A stretch of 49,029 nt of DNA from Octopus bimaculoides (Eukaryota), in NCBI RefSeq assembly GCF_001194135.2, contig NC_069009.1, positions 5,196,849 to 5,245,877 of the forward strand, read 5' to 3'. A program made the translations under genes and the position numbers. The notes beneath the pieces were generated by a model. That model had not been told where the DNA came from. It saw nothing but the letters and a program-made list of their open reading frames with translations, and did not search any database. This document shows, one piece after another, positions 23,191 through 33,729 of this stretch. How positions within the stretch are numbered: the first letter of the stretch is position 1; each line of letters opens with the position of its first letter.

Positions 23191-23701
23191 AAGTAATACA
23201 AGATGGCAGCCGTTGATTTATAGAAGACACAGAACGAGATACACTCCTCGTTGATCACACAGCAAGTGTTTAGACATAATGCTGAGATGTACTGAATTTA
23301 ATACAATTACACAGAACCATTTGCCAATGCTGATACGAGCAGGCGTCACCGAATATGGACCGTTATTTGATTAAACAGCCATTTGAAAATAATTCTTAAT
23401 TTAAGCTCGAGCAAAATAATTGCCAACAACGAGAACGACCCCTTTAAGTGGAGCTATTCCAAACACCATTTACAACGCAGCAATTTAATTCTTCTGTGTT
23501 TAAATTCTTGCTCTCTGTGTGTGGGGGAATGTGTTGAGCGAAGCTGCTGTTGTTTCTAGCAGAAGGTGAGACCATATTAAGACTCACATCTTGAGGTGTT
23601 TGAAGAAATTTGTCACTAAATGAGCTTGTATTTAGTGACAAGATTTGTTAAAAATAGCAGTCAGATTTCCCTTAAATTTTTCCTTTTATTAAAAATAAAA
23701 A

Positions 23702-24236
23702 ACTCTTTTACTCTTTTACTTGTTTCAGTCATTTGACTGTGGCCATGCTGGAGCACCACCTTTAGTCGACAAATCAACACCAGGAATTATTCTTTTGAAG
23801 CCTAGTACTTATTCTATCGGTCTCTTTTGCCGAACCGTTAAGTTACAGGGACGTAAACACACCACCATCGGTTGTCAAGCGATGTTGGGGGTACAAACAC
23901 AGCGATATATACAAACACATACATATATATATATATATANNNNNNNNNNNNNNNNNNNNNNNNNNNNNNNNNNNNNNNNNNNNNNNNNNNNNNNNNNNNN
24001 NNNNNNNNNNNNNNNNNNNNNNNNNNNNNNNNNNNNNNNNNNNNNNNNNNNNNNNNNNNNNNNNNNNNNNNNNNNNNNNNNNNNNNNNNNNNNNNNNNNN
24101 NNNNNNNNNNNNNNNNNNNNNNNNNNNNNNNNNNNNNNNNNNNNNNNNNNNNNNNNNNNNNNNNNNNNNNNNNNNNNNNNNNNNNNNNNNNNNNNNNNNN
24201 NNNNNNNNNNNNNNNNNNNNNNNNNNNNNNNNNNNN

Positions 24237-24274
<38 letters not shown>

Positions 24275-24452
24275 CACTCACATTTATACGACAGGCTTCT
24301 TTCAGTTTCCATCTACCAAATCCACTCACAAGGCTTTGGTCGGCCTGAGGCTATAGTAGAAGACACTTGCCCAAGGTGCCATGCAGTGGGACTGAACCCA
24401 GAACCATGTGGTAGGTAAGCAAGCTACTTACCACACTGCCACTCCTGCGCCT
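23702..24452 (-). mobile_element. Full-length SINE family A with expanded (TA)n centre (gap)
   Basis: Tail at 23702, head ending aggcgcaggagtggc at 24452. Confidence 0.92.
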
Positions 24453-24464
24453 AGATAATAAAAC

Positions 24465-25335
24465 ATTGGTAAAAGGCAGGATGGTCATGGTTGGAATATC
24501 TTTGATCATAAATCTGCTGAATCAAGACTGACCTGGGTCTAAAACCCAACAACTATAACTACTAATATTAAATACCATGCTAAACTACTACATTATATGA
24601 TGTAATCCTAGAGACACTATGTCTGAATGAAAGATAGGATGGTCACAGTTGGAACATCTTTGATCATAGGTCTGTCTGGATCAGGACTGACCTGGGGCTA
24701 AACAACAACAGCTATAGGCACTAATACTAACTACTATACTATACATTGGATAATGTAGTCCTAGATACACTATGTCTAAATAAAAGATGGGATGGTCACA
24801 GTTGGAATGTCTTTGATCCTAGGTCTACTGAACCAGAATTGACCTGGGGCTAAATAATAATAAGAAGAACAGCAACTTCAACCATTAATACTAAATACTT
24901 TACTATACATCTGATAATGTAATCATATAATTGAATAAAAGATGGGATGGTCATGGCCAGAATGTCTTTCATCGTAGGTTTACTAGATTAGAAATAGCCT
25001 GGAACTAACCAACAAGAACAACTACAGCCTCTTATACTAACTACTATACATTAGCTAATGTAGTCTTAGATACACTATGTCTGAATAAAAGGTGGATGGC
25101 CACATCTGGAACAACTTTGATCATAGGTCTGCTGGATCAGAGTAACCAGTGGCTAAAAAACAATCAAAAGAATACTAACTAGTCTACTATACATTACATA
25201 ATGTAGTCCTAGATACACTATGTCTGAATAAAAGATGGGATGGTCATACATGGAACATCGTTGATTAGAGGTCTGTCTGGATCAGGACTGACCTTGGGCT
25301 AAACAACAACAACAACTATTACCACTAATATTAAC
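24465..25335 (+). repeat. About 150-bp satellite, array 1 (6 diverged units)
   Basis: aaagatgggatggtcacagttggaa...gatcataggtct...gactgacctggggctaaacaacaac...tacattagataatgtagtcctagatacactatgtctgaat starting at about 24472, 24630, 24782, 24937, 25088, 25230. Confidence 0.92.
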
Positions 25336-25341
25336 TACTGT

Positions 25342-25667
25342 TACTCTTTTACTCTTTTACTTGTCTCAGTCATTTGACTGCGGCCATGCTGGAGCACCGC
25401 CTTTAGTCAAATCAAATCGACCCCAGGACTTATTCTTTGGAAGCCTAGTACTTATTTTATCGGTTTCTTTTGCTGAACCGCTAAGTTACGGGGACCTAAA
25501 CACACCAGCATCGGTTGTCAAGTGATGTTGGGGGGACAAACACAGACACACAAACATATGCACACGCATACATATATACACATACATACGACAGGCTTCC
25601 TTTCAGTTTCCGTCTACCAAATCCACTCGCAAGGCTTTGGTTGGCCCGAGGCTCTAGTAGAAGACAC
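25342..25667 (-). mobile_element. SINE family A lacking its head
   Basis: Tail and body end at gaagacac, joined directly to the mariner fragment. Confidence 0.88.
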
Positions 25668-26240
25668 AAAGAGATCTTGTACAACCGAAACCCGAGTGTC
25701 TTCTTGGTCAGCTGAAAGCAGTTTTGGCACAAACTTAGCAGACATGCGTCTCATACCGAAATCTTCAGTGATAATGGACTGAACTGAATTGTAACTAATC
25801 TGCACATCCTTTGATAACTCACAGATGGCGATTCGATGATTTACCCTTTCAGCTGCATGCCCATATGGGATACTTTTGTCAGTTTTCCTGGTTGCCTGTC
25901 TCCCAGAATGGTCGTCAATATTGAAATTTTTTTGGTTATCTTGGAAACGTCTGAACCACTTGTACACTTGTGTGTGGCTCATACATTCCTCTCCAACTTT
26001 GCGTGGGCCTCTGAGCAGGTATCACTATGACGACTTTCTCTGTCATGGACAATGCGACAATCACATGCTACACACCTTCCTTCCAAGCACTGCTGTAAAC
26101 AGTGGAAGTGAGCTAGAACGTTAAAACTTAGTACGCACGCATAGCAGAGTTCAAGGATAATCTTTGCCAAGCAGCTTCACTCTGCATGCTTTATCTTTGT
26201 TACTATGGCAACAGTCCGGATACTTATTGATCAGACTTTG
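25668..26240 (-). mobile_element. Mariner 5' portion (TIR plus HTH region of transposase)
   Basis: TIR-like ctgatcaataagtatccggactg (about 26213-26236); MSHTQVYKWFRRF...DDHSGR...AICELSKDVQIS...EDFGMRRMSAKFVPKLLSADQ (WVP-like motif). Confidence 0.9.
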
Positions 26241-26831
26241 TGTGTGTGTGTGTGTATATAGATATACATATATATATATATATGTATGTTTGTATGTATG
26301 TATATGTACATCTATCTATTTATCTCTATCTCTCTATCTCTCTCTCTCTGTATGCACACACATACACATGCATACATACAAAACACCAGTAAACCCCTCT
26401 TGTTATGTATCAATATTTTAACATAATTGATTTAAACCCAAGTGTATGTACTAAGTAGTACGATGTACAATTTTCAAGGGGGCATTTATCTGCATCGATC
26501 CTTAAACGGCCCTTAAGTGGGACCTGCTGTTAAATTGACCATCTGGGGCCATAATTCTTAACAGAACCTGTTGCTTGGTTCTCATTGGACAATTGTGATA
26601 AATGGAACTAACTTCTCTTTGCCAATAGATCTGCATTTAAAGATTGGCATGTATATATATATACACACACGTGTGTGTGTATGTGTATACATCCACATAT
26701 ATATTCACATTCACTTATACATGAACACTAACTTAACTCTCAAATAGGTATATAGAAAGAAATTTGATTAACATAACATATATAGGTATGTATGTGCATA
26801 TACATACATGTATATATAATAAATAACAATA

Positions 26832-26877
<46 letters not shown>

Positions 26878-27096
26878 TGCATACACATACACATATACAC
26901 AAATATATATTTCCATGTATATATGTATATATTTGTGTGTACATATATGTATACACCCACAAACACATATCAAAAGAATGGAGACATATAAATATATACA
27001 TACATACATACATATATGTACACACACATACATACACATCTAGATAGATAGATAGATACGTATGTATATATATGTATATAGATTATGTATGCATAG

Positions 27097-27131
<35 letters not shown>

Positions 27132-27384
27132 NNNNNNNNNNNNNNNNNNNNNNNNNNNNNNNNNGAGTTCCAACACTGTCTGTTTTTTATGTTTTATTTA
27201 TATTCCTGCAGAACTAATGTGGGGTATAGAATATGGAATATACAATATATAATATAATATACAATATACAATATAAAATAAAATAAAATAAAAATGGATG
27301 GCACCATGAAAGAAAGTAGATGAAATATTGAGTGTTCAATATAAAGGATCAAATATATAAATATATAAATATAAATATAAATAT

Positions 27385-27454
27385 ATAAAGGCGACTCGAG
27401 TTTCAGGGCTATTTCCCTTCGTCATGGCCGGTATGACAGACTTAGTCTGTCATA
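27385..27454 (-). ncRNA. Minimal type I hammerhead-ribozyme-like motif with upstream perfect hairpin (Penelope-type terminal fragment)
   Basis: GGC-C-a-UGACGA-AGGG-aaauag-CCCU-GAAA-C-ucga-G-UC-GCC; one extra A in the core. Confidence 0.6.
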
Positions 27455-27650
27455 ACCTTCAAATGACGCCACCCCACTGACTGGGTGAGCAGGCCAGCAT
27501 TCCACCTCTGATAGAAAGGGGGGAATGGAGCAATATGAAATGAAGTGTTTTCCTCAAAAAACACAAGGCACCGCCTAGTCATGGAATCGAACATACAATC
27601 TAGTAATTATGAGTCCAACAACCTAACCACCAGGCCACACACCTTCACCA
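27455..27650 (-). mobile_element. SINE family B-like (third tail type), truncated
   Basis: Minus head gtggcctggtggttagg...atgttcgattccatgactaggcggtgccttgtgtttttgagg... Confidence 0.7.
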
Positions 27651-27923
27651 TGTATACATGTGTGAATTTATATTACTCTTTTATTTGTTTCAGTCATTTG
27701 ACTGCGGCCATGCTGGAGCACCGCTTTTCGTCGAATCAAATCGACCCCAGCACTTATTCTTTGGAAGCCTAGTACTTATTCTATTGGTGTCTTTTGCCGA
27801 ACCGCTAAATTACAGGGACGTGAACATACCAGCTTTGGTTATCAAGTGATGGTGGGGAGACAAACACAGACACAAATACATACATATGTATATATATATA
27901 TATATATACATACATATATATGT

Positions 27924-28153
27924 ATCATCATCATCATCATCATCATCGTTTAACGTCCGTTTTCCATGCTAGCATGGGTTGGACGATTTGACTGAGGACT
28001 GGTGAAACCAGATGGCTACACCAGGCTCCAATCTGATTTGGCAGAGTTTCTACAGCTGGATGCCCTTCCTAATGCCAACCACTCAGAGAGTGTAGTGGGT
28101 GCTTTTACGTGTCACCCGCACGAAGGCCAGCCAGGCGGCACTGGCAACGGTCA

Positions 28154-28155
<2 letters not shown>
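27924..28155 (-). mobile_element. RTE-like non-autonomous element (family D) with (GAT)n tail
   Basis: Minus strand ...ggttggcattaggaagggcatccagc...aacccatgctagcatggaaaacggacgttaaacgatgatgat; also at 31462 and 38196. Confidence 0.8.
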
Positions 28156-28184
<29 letters not shown>

Positions 28185-28188
<4 letters not shown>

Positions 28189-28400
28189 AATTTAAACAAG
28201 AACAAGCAAGAAAAAACACGAACAAAATGAAAAAACAACGTGGGGATGTGGAATAAGTACAGTGTTATTGGACGCTCAGGAAAGGAAAGAAGAAAAAGAG
28301 GATTTAATGTTTCGATCGGAGATCTTCGTCAGAAAAATAGGAAAAGTTCAAAGAAGGGAAAACAGAGTAAGAAAATTGCCAACGATGCACACGCGGTCAC
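28185..28400 (-). mobile_element. Penelope-like terminal-repeat fragment with hammerhead-like core
   Basis: CUGACGA-A-GAUC-ucc-GAUC-GAAAC at 28309-28332 (minus). Confidence 0.6.
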
Positions 28401-29745
28401 ACGACAGCCTCTTTCAGTTTCCGTCTACCAAATCGACCCACAGGCTTTGGTTGGCCCAAGGCTATAGTAGGGGACACTTGCCCAAGGTGCCACACATTGG
28501 GACTGAACCCAGAACCAAGTGGTTGATAAGAAAACTACTTACCACAAAGCCACTCTTGTACCTATTGCATATGTGTGTGTATATGCATGTTTGCATTTGA
28601 GTGCATGTGTATGACTGAATGATCAAATTAACAAATTCAATAGATCAATACCATTCCTGTTCTCTACACATTGCTACGTGGTCATCAATCTGTAGAGTTA
28701 GTACTTGTCTATGATTGCTCAGACACATGTAGCATTAATATGATTATCAGCTCTTGTCAGTGTGTATGGCTGATCCCTTTCACTTGAAGGGAAGTCCAGA
28801 ACAAATATATATGTGTGTGTGTGTTTATGTAAAATGTACACACACACACACACACTCACATATATATATATAGAGAGAGGGTGACCCAAAAGTAGGTTTA
28901 CAGTTATTACATAAGCACTTTAAATTTCTTTTAAAACATTTTATTACATTTAAATNNNNNNNNNNNNNNNNNNNNNNNNNNNNNNNNNNNNNNNNNNNNN
29001 NNNNNNNNNNNNNNNNNNNNNNNNNNNNNNNNNNNNNNNNNNNNNNNNNNNNNNNNNNNNNNNNNNNNNNNNNNNNNNNNNNNNNNNNNNNNNNNNNNNN
29101 NNNNNNNNNNNNNNNNNNNNNNNNNNNNNNNNNNNNNNNNNNNNNNNNNNNNNNNNNNNNNNNNNNNNNNNNNNNNNNNNNNNNNNNNNNNNNNNNNNNN
29201 NNNNNNNNNNNNNNNNNNNNNNNNNNNNNNNNNNNNNNNNNNNNNNNNNNNNNNNNNNNNNNNNNNNNNNNNNNNNNNNNNNNNNNNNNNNNNNNNNNNN
29301 NNNNNNNNNNNNNNNNNNNNNNNNNNNNNNNNNNNNNNNNNNNNNNNNNNNNNNNNNNNNNNNNNNNNNNNNNNNNNNNNNNNNNNNNNNNNNNNNNNNN
29401 NNNNNNNNNNNNNNNNNNNNNNNNNNNNNNNNNNNNNNNNNNNNNNNNNNNNNNNNNNNNNNNNNNNNNNNNNNNNNNNNNNNNNNNNNNNNNNNNNNNN
29501 NNNNNNNNNNNNNNNNNNNNNNNNNNNNNNNNNNNNNNNNNNNNNNNNNNNNNNNNNNNNNNNNNNNNNNNNNNNNNNNNNNNNNNNNNNNNNNNNNNNN
29601 NNNNNNNNNNNNNNNNNNNNNNNNNNNNNNNNNNNNNNNNNNNNNNNNNNNNNNNNNNNNNNNNNNNNNNNNNNNNNNNNNNNNNNNNNNNNNNNNNNNN
29701 NNNNNNNNNNNNTATATATATATATATATATATATTAATAGTAAT

Positions 29746-30184
29746 GGTATCTAACACTTTTCTGATTTTTCTGGATGTGCCATGAAGGCAAACCTTTTGT
29801 AACAGCTCTGCTGTGCCCTCTAGTCCAATTTCCTTTATATTCTTGATGCCTTCTGATACTGTCCCCAAGGACCCAGCAATAATTGGTTCTACCTTCACTT
29901 TCTTCATTTTCCAGAGTTGGGCTATCTCATATTTAAGGGGACTGCATATGCCCATTTTTCTTTTTTTTTTTTTTGCCTTCCTATTTGACTATTCATAGGT
30001 CAAAAGGGCATGCAACATCGATTATAGAGCCCTTGTGGTTCACCATATCCACCACCACAAGGTCCTGCTTGTTGGGCTTAAGCATCTGGTGTGTTTCGAC
30101 TGGGAAATCCCACAGGATTTTGCAGCTCTCTGACTGCACTTCTCTCTGTGGTTTGTGCTTCTTTGTCTTGCCTCTCTTTAGCTC
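29746..30184 (-). pseudogene. R4/Dong-like LINE restriction-like endonuclease domain remnant
   Basis: HKPQREVQSESCKILWDFPVETHQMLKPNKQDLVVVD...IIDVACPFD*...PLKYEIAQLWKMKKVKVEPIIAGSLGTV...LLQKVCLHGTSRKIRKVLDT; in-frame stops and a frameshift. Confidence 0.88.
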
Positions 30185-30185
30185 C

Positions 30186-30256
<71 letters not shown>

Positions 30257-30264
30257 CTATTATA

Positions 30265-30517
30265 AAGGCAAGGAGCTGGCAGAATCATTAGCACGCCAGG
30301 CAAAATGCTTAGTGACATTTCGTCCATCCTTATGTTCTGAGTTCAAATTCCATCGAGGTTGACTTTGCCATCCATCATTTTAAGATCGATAAAGTACCAG
30401 TTGAGTACTGGGGCCAATGTGGTTGACTATCCCCTTACCAACAAATTCCAGGCCTTGTGCCAAAAGGAGAAAGGATTCTTCTTCTTCTTCTTCTTCTTCT
30501 TCTTCTTCTTTTTATTA

Positions 30518-30572
<55 letters not shown>

Positions 30573-30790
30573 GGCAGCGAGCTGGCAGAATCATTAGCAC
30601 ACTGGGCAAAATGCTGGGTGATATTTCATCTGTCGCTATGTTCTGAGTTCAAATTCTGCCGAGGTCAACGTTGCCTTTCATCCTTTCAGGGTCAACAAAT
30701 TTAGTATCAGTGGAACACTGGGGTCGATGTAATCAACTAGTCCCCTCCCCACAAATTTCAGGCCTTGTGCCTTTAGTAGAAAGGATTGTT
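30265..30790 (+). mobile_element. Two tandem SINE family C copies separated by (CTT)n(ATT)n
   Basis: aaggc..gagctggcagaatc heads at 30265 and 30571; tails gaaaggatt. Confidence 0.9.
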
Positions 30791-30876
30791 ATTATCCTCT
30801 TCTTTCAATTTTGTTTCCATTTCTTGCCGAGTGTCTTGCTGACACCTAGGGCAAAGAAACACACTGTATACTATAC

Positions 30877-30917
<41 letters not shown>

Positions 30918-31268
30918 TCAACTCTGGTGTGCTACAACATTATGGAGATTGAGATTCAATAATAAATATATAGAATCACAGGAAATGGAATTATAATGGT
31001 AAATGAAAGTGGCAATATGGAAAATGAGTAATGGAACAGACACAGACGCAGAAACATTGCAGATTTCAATAAAGTGAGTTTTCATGTCTTTGATGAATGA
31101 TGCAATGATCAATTGAAGAAGATGATATCGATATTGCACAAGTTTAATATTGGTTACAATAGTTTCAACTACATTCTGCTTCAAACAACATTACATATAG
31201 ATTATTATGTATGATAGATTGCATAAGAGCTGTATAAATATCATCAGACACTTACCAAATTTTGCAAT

Positions 31269-31299
<31 letters not shown>

Positions 31300-31300
<1 letters not shown>

Positions 31301-31462
31301 GGTGCAGGAGTGGCTGTTTGGTAAGGAGTTTGCTTCCCAACCACATGGTTCTGGGTTCAGTCCCACTGCGTGGCACCTCGAGCAAGTGTCCTGTACTATA
31401 GCCTTGGGCCGACCAAAGCCTTGTGAGTGGATTTGGTAGACGGAAACTGAAAGAAGCCCGTC
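31300..31462 (+). mobile_element. SINE family A head
   Basis: aggtgcaggagtggctgtttgg...ggaaactgaaagaagcccgtc, then abuts the family D tail. Confidence 0.9.
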
Positions 31463-31715
31463 ATCATCAACATCATCATCATCGTTTAACGTCCGCTTTC
31501 AATGATGGGTTGAACGATTTGACTGAGGACTGGCGAACCAGGTGGCTACAACCAGGCTCCAATCTGATTTGGCAGAATTTCTACAGCTGGATGCCCTTCC
31601 TAACGCCAACCTCTCCGAGAGTGTAGTGGGTGCTTTTTACGTGCCACCGGCACGACAGCCAGTCAGGCGGTACTGGCAACTGCCACGCTCGAAATGGTGT
31701 ATTTTACATGCCTTT
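31462..31715 (-). mobile_element. RTE-like non-autonomous element (family D)
   Basis: Same GGAAGGGCATCC body and ggacgttaaacgatgatgat tail as 27924. Confidence 0.82.
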
Positions 31716-32058
31716 TACTCTGAGTGAGAGGCCCTTTGTCGCCAGCAGAGGTAGGAGCTCTCTGAACTTTGCCCATGCTATCCTTACTCTAGCAGCAACA
31801 CTTTTAGCGCACCCTCCCCCACTACTAACTTGAGCACCCAGATAGCGGAAGCTATCAACTACGTCTAATTTTTCTCCCTGGAATGTAACAGAAGTTGTTT
31901 TCTGCACATTTTCAGTGTTTATTGCTCCTGAGCATCTGCCACATACAAAAAATATCTTCCCAGTTAGCCTTCCTTTGATATTGCTGCACCTCTTATGTGT
32001 CCATAGCTTACACTGGGTACAACTTATGGAGTTTCTACCTACACCTTTTCTACAGTTG
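31708..32058 (-). pseudogene. RTE-clade LINE ORF fragment (PHD-like finger plus post-RT region)
   Basis: CRKGVGRNSISCTQCKLWTHKRCSNIKGRLTGKIFFVCGRC...LDVVDSFRYLG...GGGCAKSVAARVRIAWAKFRELLPLLATKGLSLRVKG; no stops over about 115 codons. Confidence 0.9.
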
Positions 32059-32061
32059 AAC

Positions 32062-32359
32062 AAATCAACCCCATGACTTATTTTATTGGTTTCTTTTGCC
32101 GAACTGCTAAGTTACAGGAACATACACACACCGACATTGGTTGTCAAGTGATGCTGGGGGCCAAACAGAAACACACACATGCACACACATATGTACGATG
32201 GGCTTCTTTCAGTTTCCATTTACCAAATCCACTCACAAGGGTTTGGTTGGCCCAAGGCTATAGTAGAAGATACTTGCCCAATGTGCCATGCAGTGGGACT
32301 GAACCTGGAACCATGTGGTTGGTAAGCAAGCTTCTTACCACACAGTCCCTCCACCGCCT
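32062..32359 (-). mobile_element. SINE family A lacking its last about 60 bp
   Basis: Head at 32359; the body runs into the RTE ORF at about 32060. Confidence 0.88.
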
Positions 32360-32566
32360 ATATCAGAATTTTTTTATACCACCTCGTACAGGTATGATTG
32401 ACAGTGGGCATATATTTAAGTATATAAATTGGTTTCTAATTTTATCACATGGCCAGCAATTTCAGGGGTGGGGGTAAATCAGTTATATTGACCCTTCCAC
32501 TCTGCTGTGTTCAACTGGTATTTAATTTATCAACTCCAACACATCATTGTTAACAACAGTCAAACA

Positions 32567-32598
<32 letters not shown>

Positions 32599-32871
32599 TT
32601 ATTATTATCTACACACAAACATGCATTCACATATCACAACAACCATTATAAGGCACACCCTCATATAACATACACGCGCATATGCTAATTATAGTTTTAA
32701 ACCACACACACACACACACACACACGCAGTGTGTCACAACACTTATTATAAGCATACACACAATATACACATACATACATATACACATCATATTCAAGCC
32801 ACACACGCATACACACCACAGTTAACCACATATGCTCATACACACATCATAGCTCATAGCTACCCATATGT

Positions 32872-33720
32872 AGTTGTCCTGGGGTTAAACAACTACAACT
32901 ATAGCCACTAATACTAACTGTTATACTATACATTAGATAATGTAGTCCTAGATACACTATGCCTGAATAAAAGATNNNNNNNNNNNNNNNNNNNNNNNNN
33001 NNNNNNNNNNNNNNNNNNNNNNNNNNNNNNNNNNNNNNNNNNNNNNNNNNNNNNNNNNNNNNNNNNNNNNNNNNNNNNNNNNNNNNNNNNNNNGGTCACA
33101 ACTGGAATATTTATGATCATTGATGTGGTAGATCAGGACTGACCTGGGGCTAAACAGCAACAACTATAACCACTAATACTATCTTGTATACTGTACATTA
33201 GATAATGTAGTCCTAGATAGACAATGCCTGAATAAAAGATGGGATGGTCACAACTGGAACATTTTTGATCATAGGTCTGATGATCAGGACTGACCTGGGG
33301 CTAAATAACAATTATAGCCACTATCTACTATACGGTACATTAGATATTGTAGTCCTAGATAGACGATGCCTGAATAAAAGATGGGATGGTCACAGTTGGA
33401 ACATTTTTGATCATAGGTCTGATGATTCAGGACTGACCTGGGGCTAAATAACAAGTTTAGCCACTATCTACTATACGGTACATTAGATATTGTAGTCCTA
33501 GATAGACGATGCCTGAATAATAGATGGGATGGTCACAGTTGGAACGTCTTTGATCATAGGTCTGTTGGATCAGGACTGACCTAGGGCTAAACAACAAGTA
33601 CAATGACTAATACTAACTACCATTATGTTATACATTAGATAATGTAGTCCTAGATACACTATGTCTTAGTAAAAGATGGGATGGTCACAGATGGAACGTC
33701 TTTGATCATTGGTCTGCGGA
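32872..33720 (+). repeat. About 145-bp satellite, array 2 (same family as 24465-25335)
   Basis: Units starting at about 32970, 33094, 33235, 33376, 33520, 33671. Confidence 0.92.
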
Positions 33721-33729
33721 ATAGCTACA

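Larger units (their letters stand above)
27674..28563 (-). mobile_element. SINE family A split at its microsatellite by two insertions
   Basis: 3' half 27674-27900, head 28400-28563; inserts at 27924-28155 and about 28185-28400. Confidence 0.88.

Noticed and set aside
31629-31680. Assignment of the family D module to HDV-like, twister or pistol ribozymes
   Set aside because: I could not fit the required nested stems and catalytic residues; only a hairpin and an H-type pseudoknot are supported.
33277-33425. CTGATGA in two satellite units
   Set aside because: No downstream stem II plus GAAA, and other units read CTGCTGGA or similar; not a hammerhead.
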